A stretch of 64,000 nt of DNA from an uncultured Planctomycetales bacterium (GCA_964478715.1 CAYZIY010000007.1:20220-84219); one strand, 5' to 3'; positions 1 through 10,844 are shown, numbered from the stretch's first letter. Notes: generated by a model from the letters alone, not told the origin. Numbers and translations: made by a program.

Positions 1-823
1 GGGAGTTTCTCAAAAGAAATTCATCCTGCCCCTCCACAGAAAAGCCTAGGGGATAAAGTCCGGTGATTTGATTGAGAGGAGCTTTTCTCAATGTGGGAAG
101 ATCCATCTCCAGATATTTTTCGTAAATTAAAGAACTTCGCTGGCGGTCGATCTCAAGAATCCTCTCGCCGATTGATTTATTAACGAAATGAGGTTTTCCT
201 AAAGGTTTGAACCCATGCCGGGATCCAAAACCGATAGTAAGATCGCCTCCTAAAACGAGACCCACAGCCGATTTCTTGAGAGATTTTTCTTGGTAGAACT
301 GAAAGGTATTTCTGAATCGAAAATTATCGCTTGCGCAACCACCAATAATGGGTAGAAGCCGTCCAAGAATTTCCTGAGTGCCTAGCAGAAAAGACATACA
401 ATTATTGACTAGGCTATCGGTGATGATTAGAGCGCATGCTCGCTTGCTATGTTCAAAATTCTTAAACATGGTTCTGGCTAAGTGAACACCGGCTGAACGC
501 TTGTCTTGATTGAGGAGATCTTCAACGCAGGCGATACCGCACTCAAAATCGTTTCCCGAGAAAGCGGCCAGCCCGATTCCTTGAAGGGTAATCATATCCG
601 CTAAAAAAAGACCGAATGTCGAGCACCCGAGAATTTTGGCTTCGGGGAAAGTTTTTCTTATAATCGGCAAGCTTTCGGAAGGATGATGATGTACTGTCGA
701 AAATAATAAGATCAGCCTGATCGACTGGTTGGAGATCCTGGATTTTGCCTCAAGAGCGGCTTCCCGAGTCGCTAGGGGGGTTCGAAGATCTTGGCTGAAT
801 CCAATTCCGACTTCTATGGGCAC
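1..823 (-). CDS. FIST-domain signal transduction protein (runs off the left edge of the window)
   Basis: Not in the ORF track. Hand translation from GTG at 823 (AAGGAG RBS at 835-840) gives MPIEVGIGFSQD...ILGCST...IITDSL...PIIGGCASDNFRF...SAVGLVL...RHGFKPLG...ILEIDRPPA...YPLGF, the FIST-N/FIST-C pattern. Confidence 0.85.
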   Translation of the reverse strand, partial: MPIEVGIGFSQDLRTPLATREAALEAKSRISNQSIRLILLFSTVHHHPSESLPIIRKTFPEAKILGCSTFGLFLADMITLQGIGLAAFSGNDFECGIACVEDLLNQDKRSAGVHLARTMFKNFEHSKRACALIITDSLVNNCMSFLLGTQEILGRLLPIIGGCASDNFRFRNTFQFYQEKSLKKSAVGLVLGGDLTIGFGSRHGFKPLGKPHFVNKSIGERILEIDRQRSSLIYEKYLEMDLPTLRKAPLNQITGLYPLGFSVEGQDEFLLRNS

Positions 824-908
824 CGATGACAGAGCTCCTTAAAAGCATTGAAGGGGGCAAATTAATTTTTATTTTATCGACTAATAACTGGAGTGTCAAT
901 ATTTATTG

Positions 909-936
909 TTGACCTCGAGGAGAAATGTGTTATTAT
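909..936 (+). promoter_or_regulatory. sigma70-type promoter for tRNA-Glu
   Basis: TTGACC-16 nt-TATTAT with an extended -10 TG. Confidence 0.55.
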
Positions 937-945
937 TGAAGAGTT

Positions 946-1014
946 TTCAGGTTTCAGCCCGCAGATATCAGAGATTGTCAATTGAGATTTGAGGGCTGAG
1001 GGCTGAAACCTGAA
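946..1014. repeat. 15-bp perfect inverted repeat built from heptamer units
   Basis: TTCAGGTTTCAGCCC (946-960) pairs with GGGCTGAAACCTGAA (1000-1014); units GAGGGCT GAGGGCT GAAACCT. Confidence 0.8.
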
Positions 1015-1025
1015 CGCTTACAAAT

Positions 1026-1100
1026 GGCCCCATCGTCTAGCCCGGTCCAGGACAGATGGTTCTCAGCCATCAGACACGAGTTCAAATCTCGTTGGGGCTA
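1026..1100 (+). tRNA. tRNA-Glu (CTC)
   Basis: Acceptor GGCCCCA/TGGGGCT, anticodon arm GATGG-TTCTCAG-CCATC, T loop GTTCAAATC; no encoded CCA. Confidence 0.95.
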
Positions 1101-1148
1101 CAAAAATTTAGGAAATATCCCTCATTCTTACGGCCAGCTTTGATTTTT

Positions 1149-1997
1149 ATGCTTAAAGTTTTTCAATCAAATAAGTTAAGACTCCTTTTTGTTGTAGTTG
1201 TGCTTTCCGGATTTATTTTTTCATCAGCCGAGTATGCGCTTGCTTCCCGCAAAAAGAAATATCACATCAGCGCCAAATCGGTGATCTTTTCAGACTCTAC
1301 GCGCGTTAAACGTCTTTACGGCAAGAGGGTTCATAAGAAAATCCTGCCGGCCAGCACCGTGAAAGTAATGACCGCTTTGCTTGTTCTGGAAAATCTACCG
1401 CTTAATAAAGTGATTACTGTTAGCCGCCGGGCGACGAAAGCCCAGCCCAGCAAGATATATCTGAAACCAGGTGAAAAATATCGGGTTGCGGATCTTTTGT
1501 TGGCGATCTTGATGAAATCTGCCAATGATGCCAGCATTGTTTTGGCCGAAGCGGTGGCCGGCAGTGAGGAAAAATTTGTCGAAATGATGAATCAAAGAGC
1601 CCGCGAGCTAGGGTGCCGCAGTACAAAATTCGCCAACCCCAATGGGCTTCCTAGCAAGCAATCTCAGTATTCGACGGCTTATGATATTTATGTGATTTTT
1701 TTGCAGGCCCTGAAGCATCCTTTTTTTAAAAAGGCTTTAAACTACAAAACCATGACGATCCGCTCGACCTCCGGAAGAAAAATAAACCTCAAGGCACATA
1801 ATAAAATACTTTTTAAAAATTGGAGAAGAAAAATCTACGGAAAAACGGGATATACTCAAAAAGCCAAATCCTGTTTTGTTGGCTATATTCAAAAAGGGAA
1901 CAATACGCTGGTCATCGCGATTTTTGGTTGTGCAAGCGGGCGGCGCTGGGGCGAGATTAAACATATCGTCTCAAGCTATGGAGGGATCTCTCTTTGA
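1149..1997 (+). CDS. D-alanyl-D-alanine carboxypeptidase family (peptidase S11, DacA/PBP7-like)
   Basis: PASTVK (SxxK), SANDA (SxN) and GKTGYT (KTG) motifs, N-terminal hydrophobic segment. Start moved to ATG 1149 because the ORF-track start overlaps the tRNA. Confidence 0.9.
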   Translation: MLKVFQSNKLRLLFVVVVLSGFIFSSAEYALASRKKKYHISAKSVIFSDSTRVKRLYGKRVHKKILPASTVKVMTALLVLENLPLNKVITVSRRATKAQPSKIYLKPGEKYRVADLLLAILMKSANDASIVLAEAVAGSEEKFVEMMNQRARELGCRSTKFANPNGLPSKQSQYSTAYDIYVIFLQALKHPFFKKALNYKTMTIRSTSGRKINLKAHNKILFKNWRRKIYGKTGYTQKAKSCFVGYIQKGNNTLVIAIFGCASGRRWGEIKHIVSSYGGISL

Positions 1998-2096
1998 TCA
2001 TAGCAGTGTGCGAAACTCATTGAAAAAACAACAACTTTAGGTTAGAATAAAAACACTTTTGGGTTGATTGAAAAGACCAGTGAAGGAGGATTGAGC

Positions 2097-2474
2097 ATGA
2101 AACAGCCCTTATCCATCGATGATGATAAGAGAATTCATCCGCGTTTTAAGAGCCGATTTCGCCAGAATTATCGCATAGACTTGGGCGATATGCAGGATAT
2201 CGGTTGGTTGGTTGACTTTTCGCGTGGCGGCATGTCTTTTATCACAAACCAGGAGATCAAACAAGGACAACCTTATCATTTAAGAATTCGTAATATAGAT
2301 CAGGATAGCGTCATTCCTTGCGAAATTTTTGTTCTATGGGTTCGGCCTAATGTTTTGGAGAAAAACTGTATCTGCGGAGCCAGTATTATCACAATTGATT
2401 CCGAACAAAAAACGGACATTCTCGATAATCTCTACCAAAGCTGGAAGCAGGAATCATTAAGCCGGATATCCTAA
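2097..2474 (+). CDS. Stand-alone PilZ-domain protein
   Basis: RIHPR (RxxxR) and DFSRGG (D/NxSxxG); GGAGG RBS before ATG 2097. Confidence 0.85.
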   Translation: MKQPLSIDDDKRIHPRFKSRFRQNYRIDLGDMQDIGWLVDFSRGGMSFITNQEIKQGQPYHLRIRNIDQDSVIPCEIFVLWVRPNVLEKNCICGASIITIDSEQKTDILDNLYQSWKQESLSRIS

Positions 2475-2499
2475 CCTATATGCGCCCAAAGGAGATAAA

Positions 2500-3384
2500 A
2501 TGAATAAAGGATTAAAATCGTTTTTATTTTTCGCAGCAACCTTGATCCTATGCAGTTTTTTTTCTTCGGCTCAGGGTGAAGAAGCAACGATTGATCAGCA
2601 GTTGAAAATGATTATTGAAAACCAAAAACGTATGGAACAAAGGTTAACAGTTATCGAGAATTACCAAAAAGCTTTCACGCAAAATATGGTAAAATCTCTC
2701 TCGGAGGCCATCGGGCAGAGGCCCCAGCAGCCTCAGCCGCCACAGATTGATTACGATGAAGTACATGATATCGAAATCGGATCTTCTCCTATCCAAGGAC
2801 CGAAGGATGCTAAGGTGACTATTTATGAATTTTCCGAGATCCAGTGCCCCTATTCTAAGCGATTCCACCCCATTGTCGAGGAGGTTTTAAAGACCTACCC
2901 CAAAGACGTCCGTCATGTGTTTAAACATTTTCCTTTGGGTTTCCATCCCCTGGCCAGGCCTGGGGCTAAAGCCATATTGGCTGCTGGAGAACAGGGCAAA
3001 TACTTCGAGATGCTCGATGCCCTTTTTGCGCTCGACCGCGAAAAGTTAATGGAGATTCGTAAGGTTCCGAAGGATCAGCAGATAGACAAATTTGGAGAAA
3101 TACTCCAGGACGTAGCCGAAGATCTTAAGCTCGATGTAAAAAGGTTTATGAAAGATTACAAAGATAAAGATGCTGATTGGGAAAAGGTGATTGTGCAGGA
3201 TGTGCAAAGTGCGCGCGAGGCTAATGTGCGTGGAACACCTACCTTTTTTATCAACGGACGGCTCACACGGGCTCGGACTCTGGAGCAGTTCAAGCAGGAG
3301 ATTGATAATATTATTGCAGAAAAAGAATCGCAAAAAGAAGCTAAACGTTATACCAACAAAGTCCCGAGAGGTTGCGGAGGTTAA
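2500..3384 (+). CDS. Exported DsbA-family thioredoxin-fold protein (CxxS active site)
   Basis: Signal peptide, GPKDAKVTIYEFSEIQCPYS, FKHFPLGFH, GTPTFFING. Confidence 0.85.
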   Translation: MNKGLKSFLFFAATLILCSFFSSAQGEEATIDQQLKMIIENQKRMEQRLTVIENYQKAFTQNMVKSLSEAIGQRPQQPQPPQIDYDEVHDIEIGSSPIQGPKDAKVTIYEFSEIQCPYSKRFHPIVEEVLKTYPKDVRHVFKHFPLGFHPLARPGAKAILAAGEQGKYFEMLDALFALDREKLMEIRKVPKDQQIDKFGEILQDVAEDLKLDVKRFMKDYKDKDADWEKVIVQDVQSAREANVRGTPTFFINGRLTRARTLEQFKQEIDNIIAEKESQKEAKRYTNKVPRGCGG

Positions 3385-3402
3385 CGGGAAAGGAGAATTT
3401 TC

Positions 3403-3705
3403 ATGTCACGTCGAGGAGGAATGACAACCAGGTATTATAAAGAAACCCGCGGCTTGAAAGTTAGCGGGGGCCAGTTTGTCAAATCGGGTACGGTTTTAAC
3501 CCGTCAGGGAGATCGCTGGAAGCCGGGCCAGAATGTGACAGGTCGTATGCATTTAGCGGCTGCTTGCGATGGAGAGGTGTATTTTACAAAGAAAAAAGGC
3601 AATTACAAAAGAGCCGTGACTGTTGTTCATATCAAGCCGCTAGAGCAAAAAACCAAAGAAAACAAACTACCCAAAGCCAAAAAAGAAAAACCGAAGAAAT
3701 CTTAA
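3403..3705 (+). CDS. rpmA: Divergent 50S ribosomal protein bL27 homolog
   Basis: GLKVSGGQFVKSGTVLTRQG..WKPGQNV...LAAACDGEVYF aligns by eye to the L27 core; N-terminus is atypical. Confidence 0.75.
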   Translation: MSRRGGMTTRYYKETRGLKVSGGQFVKSGTVLTRQGDRWKPGQNVTGRMHLAAACDGEVYFTKKKGNYKRAVTVVHIKPLEQKTKENKLPKAKKEKPKKS

Positions 3706-3714
3706 AACCAAATC

Positions 3715-5547
3715 ATGTGCGGAATTGTCGGATACACCGGGGACAAGCAAGCTGTCCCTGTTTTGCTTGATAGCCTAAAAAAACTGGAATATCGAGGATA
3801 TGATTCCAGCGGAATCGGGGTCATCGCATCGTCAAACGGACACATTGCTCTTCGAAAAACTCAGGGAAAGATTCAGGACCTAGTGTCCTTAATTAAAACC
3901 AAAGTTCTCCCTTCTTCTCATGTCGGTATATCCCATACGCGTTGGGCCACTCATGGCAAGCCTAGTCGCAGTAATGCCCATCCTCATTTTGACGGTTCAA
4001 GAAAATTTCTTGTTGTTCACAACGGGATTATTGAAAACTATCAAATTCTTAAAGATATTCTCAAAAAGAAAGGCCATCGCTTCTTATCGGAAACCGATAC
4101 GGAAATCATTGCGCACTTGATCGAAGATTATTATCATGGTGATCTTCTCAAGGCTGTTCGCCTGGCCATCAAAAGATTGAAAGGGGCTTTTGCCTTGGGC
4201 GTAATCTCTAGCTATCACCCTAAACAGCTTGTCGCGGCTCGCATTGGGTCTCCTCTGATTGTCGGGATTGGGAAAGACGAAAACTATATTGCTTCCGATG
4301 TTCCGGCTATTTTGGATAAAACTAAAAAGGTGATTTATTTAAAAGACGAAGAAATGGCTCTGTTGACCAAAGACAGAGTTGGTATTTATTCCTTCTCGGG
4401 GTGCGAGGTCAAGGGTAAAATTCATACTGTTAACTATCCAATCGGCTCCGCCCAAAAAGAGGGCTTTCCTCATTTTATGCTCAAAGAAATTCATGAGCAG
4501 CCCAAAGTTTTATCTTCTATGTTTTCTTCTCGGATTAAAAAAGAGCGGATTGTTTTTGATGATTTAGGTTTAAAAGAAGAGGAGATTAAGCAGATTTCTA
4601 ATATTGAGATTGTGGCCTGCGGAACAGCCTATCATGCGGGTTTAGTCGGCCGATATGCGATCGAGAAGCTTTCGGGAATTCCCGTTCATGTAGATTTTTC
4701 CAGCGAATTTCGATATCGTCAGCCCATTATTGGCAAAAAAACTTTGGTCATGGCGATCAGTCAGTCGGGAGAGACGGCCGATACTCTAGCGGCTGTTCGG
4801 GAAGCTCGGAAAAAAGGAGCAAAGATTGTCTCAATTGTCAATGTTGTTGGCTCTTCCCTCGCACGAGAATCTCAAGGTGTTCTTTATACTCATGCCGGTC
4901 CCGAAATCGGGGTGGCTTCAACAAAAGCCTATACAGCACAATTGGGAATTCTGTATTTATTGGCTATCAATCTGGGAATGGCCAAAAAAAATCTGTCTGC
5001 CGGAGAGGCTAAAGAAATTTTTAAAAAACTAAAGGCTATTCCTCAGCTTTTAGCTGAGATTTTAAAAGAAAAAAATAAAATTGCCCAGATTGCCCGGGTT
5101 AATGCTCATTTTGGTTGTTTCCTTTTCTTAGGACGCAATGTGAATTTTCCTTCGGCTTTAGAAGGGGCTTTGAAACTCAAAGAAATTTCTTACATTCCGG
5201 CTGAAGGATATGCCGCCGGAGAAATGAAACATGGACCGATTGCTCTCATTGATGAATACCGAGCGGTTGTTTGTATTGCGCCGGAATCGGAGATTTACGA
5301 GAAAATGATTTCCAATATTCAGGAAATTCGGGCGCGAAAAGGAAAAATCATTGCGATAGCCACCAAAGGCGATACGGTAATCACTCAGAATGCCAACCAG
5401 GTTATTTTTTTGCCTTTGGTTGATCCTTTGCTTTCTCCCCTGGCTGTCACTCTGCCTCTGCAATTGATTGCTTATTACATTGCTGTCAAACGGGGTTGTG
5501 ATGTAGATCAGCCCAGGAATTTGGCGAAGTCGGTAACTGTTGAATAA
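3715..5547 (+). CDS. glmS: Glutamine--fructose-6-phosphate aminotransferase
   Basis: MCGIVG, EYRGYDSSG, HTRWATHG, SQSGETADT, C-terminal PRNLAKSVTVE. Confidence 0.98.
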   Translation: MCGIVGYTGDKQAVPVLLDSLKKLEYRGYDSSGIGVIASSNGHIALRKTQGKIQDLVSLIKTKVLPSSHVGISHTRWATHGKPSRSNAHPHFDGSRKFLVVHNGIIENYQILKDILKKKGHRFLSETDTEIIAHLIEDYYHGDLLKAVRLAIKRLKGAFALGVISSYHPKQLVAARIGSPLIVGIGKDENYIASDVPAILDKTKKVIYLKDEEMALLTKDRVGIYSFSGCEVKGKIHTVNYPIGSAQKEGFPHFMLKEIHEQPKVLSSMFSSRIKKERIVFDDLGLKEEEIKQISNIEIVACGTAYHAGLVGRYAIEKLSGIPVHVDFSSEFRYRQPIIGKKTLVMAISQSGETADTLAAVREARKKGAKIVSIVNVVGSSLARESQGVLYTHAGPEIGVASTKAYTAQLGILYLLAINLGMAKKNLSAGEAKEIFKKLKAIPQLLAEILKEKNKIAQIARVNAHFGCFLFLGRNVNFPSALEGALKLKEISYIPAEGYAAGEMKHGPIALIDEYRAVVCIAPESEIYEKMISNIQEIRARKGKIIAIATKGDTVITQNANQVIFLPLVDPLLSPLAVTLPLQLIAYYIAVKRGCDVDQPRNLAKSVTVE

Positions 5548-5625
5548 AGCTATCAGACGTCAGGTGTCAGCTATCAGCTGATGGCTTCTGATACCTGATA
5601 CCTGATACCTGATACCTGAAAGCTA
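5548..5625. repeat. Heptamer tandem repeats forming an imperfect hairpin
   Basis: CTGATAC x4 (about 5588-5615) preceded by complementary ...TCAG heptamers (CTATCAG ACGTCAG GTGTCAG CTATCAG). Confidence 0.8.
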
Positions 5626-5628
5626 GAA

Positions 5629-6321
5629 ATGCTATACATCATCTCCACCCCCATCGGCAACCTGAAAGATATCACTTATCGTGCTGTTGAAACGCTAAAC
5701 CAAGTTGATTTAATTGCCGCCGAAGATACCCGCCATACAAAAATTCTATGCAAACACTATGCGATCGAAACACCTCTAACCAGCTATTTTGAACATAACA
5801 AACTCAAAAAAGCGGAGATTCTTATTGAGTGTCTCAAACAGGGCAAGGATATTGCCCTGGTCAGTGATGCCGGTACGCCGGGGATCAGTGATCCGGGATT
5901 TCATTTGATTCGCTTAGCCGGGAAGCATCATATCGCGATGACAGCTATTCCGGGGCCGGCAGCCTTGATTGTGGCTTTGACATTATCCGGGCTGCCGGCC
6001 CATTCTTTTGTTTTTCAAGGGTTTTTGCCAGTTAAAGTTGGCGCCCGACGTAAAATGATTCAACAATTCAAACAACAGGAGGGAACCATCATTTTTTATG
6101 AATCACCTCATCGCATCGTTAAAACCCTTTTTGATTTGAACGACATTCTTAGCGATCCCCTTGTTGTCGTTGCACGCGAGCTGACCAAAAAATTCGAAGA
6201 AATCCGCACAGGTAAATCCAGTGAACTGATTAAACATTTCCAAAAATCAACTCCCAAAGGAGAATTTGTCGTTCTTTTCAACAAAAATTCTAACAAAAAT
6301 TCCTCTGTCTTTTCTCCTTGA
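5629..6321 (+). CDS. rsmI: 16S rRNA (cytidine1402-2'-O)-methyltransferase
   Basis: LYIISTPIGNLKDIT, AEDTR, VSDAGTPGISDPG, YESPHR, RELTKKFEE. Confidence 0.96.
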   Translation: MLYIISTPIGNLKDITYRAVETLNQVDLIAAEDTRHTKILCKHYAIETPLTSYFEHNKLKKAEILIECLKQGKDIALVSDAGTPGISDPGFHLIRLAGKHHIAMTAIPGPAALIVALTLSGLPAHSFVFQGFLPVKVGARRKMIQQFKQQEGTIIFYESPHRIVKTLFDLNDILSDPLVVVARELTKKFEEIRTGKSSELIKHFQKSTPKGEFVVLFNKNSNKNSSVFSP

Positions 6322-6346
6322 CACTCGCTTCGAAGAATGTTATATT
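6318..6346 (+). promoter_or_regulatory. sigma70 promoter of the pyr operon
   Basis: TTGACA-17 nt-TATATT with extended -10 TG. Confidence 0.7.
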
Positions 6347-6363
6347 TTCTTAAATATTAGAAA

Positions 6364-6460
6364 CCTTTAAGCTGGTCCGGCGAGGCTGGCAAGGAGTAAA
6401 AATGTTAGATTTAAAGTCAAACGATTGAGCTCACCTTTCAGAAGGGTGGGCATTTTTTAT
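6364..6460 (+). promoter_or_regulatory. PyrR-binding attenuator leader
   Basis: CCTTTAA-GCTGGTCCGGCGAGGCTGGC-AAGG matches the PyrR binding loop consensus (CUUUAA...GUCCnGnGAGGCU...AAG) and lies directly upstream of pyrR. Confidence 0.88.
6429..6460 (+). terminator. Attenuator terminator of the pyr leader
   Basis: GCTCACCTTT-CAG-AAGGGTGGGC followed by ATTTTTT. Confidence 0.8.
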
Positions 6461-6490
6461 AGAATTTCGATTCCGTATCCGGAAAAATGA

Positions 6491-8010
<1,520 letters not shown>

Positions 8011-8015
8011 AATAT

Positions 8016-9296
8016 ATGGGGTTGTTAATAAAAAATGCTCTGATTGTCGACTCAGATTATTCTCAAGATCTGTCTTATGATATTTTGATTGAGAAAAAAA
8101 GCATTGTGAGAGTGGCTTCCTCTATCACGATCGGGAAACACAAAATTATGGATGCCAAGGGCAAACATGTTTTTCCGGGTTTGATTGACATGCACGCGCA
8201 TTTGCGGGAACCGGGATTTGAACATAAAGAGACAATTGAGAGTGGTTCTCGCTCGGCCGCTAAAGGAGGGTTTACTTCAGTTTGCTGTATGCCCAATACC
8301 AATCCTGTGATTGATAATCAAATGGTGATTGAAGGTATTCTCAAAGAGTCCAAACGCGTTGGCTTGATTAATATTTTTCCAATTGGGGCGGTGACCAAAC
8401 AGCAAAAAGGTCAGGAGATGACAGATCTCTTTGAGCTCAAAAAAGCAGGTTGTATTGGCATCTCCGACGATGGATATTCTGTCTTAGATAGTCAATTATT
8501 ACGCCACGCTTTAGATTATGCCCAAATGGTTGGATTGCTTCTTATTGAGCACTGCGAAGAACCGGCATTGAGTTCTTGCGGGGTTATGAACGAGGGATAT
8601 ACATCCACCCTTTTAGGACTCAAAGGTCAAGCCGCGATGGCAGAAACAGCGATTATGGCCCGCGATATCGAAATTGCCCGTTATTGTAAAACAAAAATAC
8701 ATTTTGCGCATATCAGTTTGGAGAGATCCGTTCAGTTAATAAAGGTAGCCAAAAAGCAGGGAATTTCCGTTACCTGCGAGGTCACGCCTCATCACTTTAC
8801 CCTTGATGAAGAAGCGGTAAAAAATTTCGATACCAATACCAAGGTGAATCCTCCTCTTCGCACCAAAAGTGATGTGGATGCCATCAAGGCGGCCCTTAAA
8901 GACGGCATTATCGATTGTATCGCCACGGATCATGCCCCGCATACTATTGAAGATAAAGAGGCAGAATTTGATCATGCCGCCTTTGGGGTTATCGGTTTCG
9001 AGACGGCTTTTGCCTTAGGGATTACTCAGCTCGTCAATCCCGGCATTCTCAGCTTAGTACAGTTGGCTGAGAAAATGTCTGGCCATCCGGCCGCCATTTT
9101 AGGACTCTCTGCTAAAGGGCGAATTCGTGAAGGATTTGATGCGGACCTCATTCTCGTGGATATCGATAAATCCTGGCAGGTTGATTCCGATCAATTTTTT
9201 TCAAAGGCAAGTAATTCTCCTTTTATCGGCCAAAGACTTTTTGGACAGATAGAGAAAACTATATGTAATGGAAAAGTTGTTTACTCAGTTGAATAG
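8016..9296 (+). CDS. pyrC: Dihydroorotase (class I)
   Basis: DMHAHLREPG, CMPNTNP, KVNPPLR, ATDHAPH. Confidence 0.96.
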   Translation: MGLLIKNALIVDSDYSQDLSYDILIEKKSIVRVASSITIGKHKIMDAKGKHVFPGLIDMHAHLREPGFEHKETIESGSRSAAKGGFTSVCCMPNTNPVIDNQMVIEGILKESKRVGLINIFPIGAVTKQQKGQEMTDLFELKKAGCIGISDDGYSVLDSQLLRHALDYAQMVGLLLIEHCEEPALSSCGVMNEGYTSTLLGLKGQAAMAETAIMARDIEIARYCKTKIHFAHISLERSVQLIKVAKKQGISVTCEVTPHHFTLDEEAVKNFDTNTKVNPPLRTKSDVDAIKAALKDGIIDCIATDHAPHTIEDKEAEFDHAAFGVIGFETAFALGITQLVNPGILSLVQLAEKMSGHPAAILGLSAKGRIREGFDADLILVDIDKSWQVDSDQFFSKASNSPFIGQRLFGQIEKTICNGKVVYSVE

Positions 9297-9366
9297 ACCG
9301 AAAATTCTATCTATAATAGACCAATCTCTATTTGATTGGTTTTTTCTTTTTGATTTATGGAAATTT

Positions 9367-9438
9367 GCGCCTGTAGCCTAATGGATAGGGCATCGGCCTC
9401 CGGCGCCGTGCGTGGTAGTTCGAATCTACCCAGGCGCA
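9367..9438 (+). tRNA. tRNA-Arg (CCG)
   Basis: Acceptor GCGCCTG/CAGGCGC, anticodon loop CTCCGGC, T loop GTTCGAATC. Confidence 0.9.
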
Positions 9439-9650
9439 TTATATAAGAATGTTGGTTTCCATCCCATCCTTGCTTTTGACGCAGGTGAGTTTTTTGCTAA
9501 GCTTCAGGCGGGTGGTTGATTTCTGTCAGACACATTGATTTATGCAGATAACCATTTTTCCACAGGATATACACAATTAAAAGAAATTTTATAAGTGGAG
9601 TATTAAGACCAATTATAATAATATATTAATGTAAAGTGGAGAATAAGAAT

Positions 9651-10127
9651 ATGTCAAAGAGATCAAACAAACAATTTTTAATATCAGTCATTGGAGGTCA
9701 TAAGATTGATCATGTAATGGAGTGTAATGCCCACCAAATTGGAAAAATAATTGCAGAAATGGGGGCAATATTGGTATGTGGTGGACTCGATGGAGCAATG
9801 AAAGCGACTGCAAAAGGGGTCAAAGAGGGGAATGGTCTATCGATAGGCCTTCTTCCGGGAATAAACAAAAAAGATGCCAATCCTTATATTGATATTGCGT
9901 TACCAACTACAATAGGTTATGCGAGAAATGCTATGGTTGCGGCTGCGGCTGACTTGATTATTGCTCTGCCCGGTAGTCATGGAACAAGATCGGAAATTTC
10001 CTATGGTTTTGTCTACAAGAAACCAATTGTAGATTTCGGAAATTGGAATGTTGAGGGAATGATAAAAGTCAAAACACTCAACGAGTTGCGGCAGTTTATT
10101 GAAGATTATATGAAAAGAAAGTGTTAA
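9651..10127 (+). CDS. LOG/SLOG family protein (TIGR00725-like)
   Basis: ISVIGG, LVCGGLDGAM, GYARN, PGSHGTRSE. Confidence 0.85.
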   Translation: MSKRSNKQFLISVIGGHKIDHVMECNAHQIGKIIAEMGAILVCGGLDGAMKATAKGVKEGNGLSIGLLPGINKKDANPYIDIALPTTIGYARNAMVAAAADLIIALPGSHGTRSEISYGFVYKKPIVDFGNWNVEGMIKVKTLNELRQFIEDYMKRKC

Positions 10128-10169
10128 CTTTACGAAGTTCGTTTTAAAAACTATAATAAGAACATTATC

Positions 10170-10844
10170 ATGAAAAGAAGAATCAAAATCGACAGCTCCA
10201 TTCTTTCTTTTATCATCATTTTGACCGGACTTCTTTATCAATTTCAGTGGTTTTATGCTTATGGACTACAGGTTGACGATGTTTTTGATTTTTTGGGAAT
10301 GATTTTGCTTCTTGCCGGCGTATATCTGAGAATGATCGCCCGTGGTCATAAAAAAATGCACTCTGGAAAAGGTCACGAACTTGTAATAGACGGTCCCTAC
10401 ATGGTGACGCGCAATCCCATGTATCTGGGTAGTTTTCTTTTAGGTGCGGGATTTGTCTTGATTGTCTGGCCGTGGTGGACGCTGGTCCTTTTCGGACTTT
10501 TATTTTACTGGAGATTCGAAAAACAGATAAGACTGGAGCAGAAGCATTTGCTTAAAATATTCGGAAAGGAATATGAAGATTACTGCAAACAAGTTCCTCA
10601 GATTTTCCCCGGTATTTGTATCTTATTTAAAAAGAAATTCAGTAAAGTTTTTCCATGGGAGTGCGCCTTAAATACTAAAGAGAAAAGAGGGTTGTTAGCT
10701 TGGCCGCTTCTAGCCCTTGTGCTTGAAGTGCTTCAGGAGAATATTGTTTACGGTGTAATCGACATAAGAAACGCGATGATGGTTTTCTTAAAAGCTATGA
10801 TTCTTTTTGCGATTGGCTTGGGGCTTCTTTACCGTTATGCATAA
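10170..10844 (+). CDS. Isoprenylcysteine carboxylmethyltransferase / PEMT family membrane protein
   Basis: LVIDGPYMVTRNPMYLG, EQKHL..FG.EY..Y...VP, several TM helices. Confidence 0.85.
   Translation: MKRRIKIDSSILSFIIILTGLLYQFQWFYAYGLQVDDVFDFLGMILLLAGVYLRMIARGHKKMHSGKGHELVIDGPYMVTRNPMYLGSFLLGAGFVLIVWPWWTLVLFGLLFYWRFEKQIRLEQKHLLKIFGKEYEDYCKQVPQIFPGICILFKKKFSKVFPWECALNTKEKRGLLAWPLLALVLEVLQENIVYGVIDIRNAMMVFLKAMILFAIGLGLLYRYA

Noticed and set aside
1056-1148. N-terminal extension of the ORF-track 313 aa protein
   Set aside because: It overlaps tRNA-Glu; ATG 1149 gives a normal signal-anchored peptidase.
3660-3714. glmS ribozyme upstream of glmS
   Set aside because: Only 9 nt separate rpmA and glmS, and no ribozyme consensus is visible.
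9556-9635. DnaA-box-like TTTTCCACA and ATATACACA followed by AT-rich DNA (possible oriC)
   Set aside because: Only one good box and one mismatched box, with no dnaA/dnaN/gidA context.
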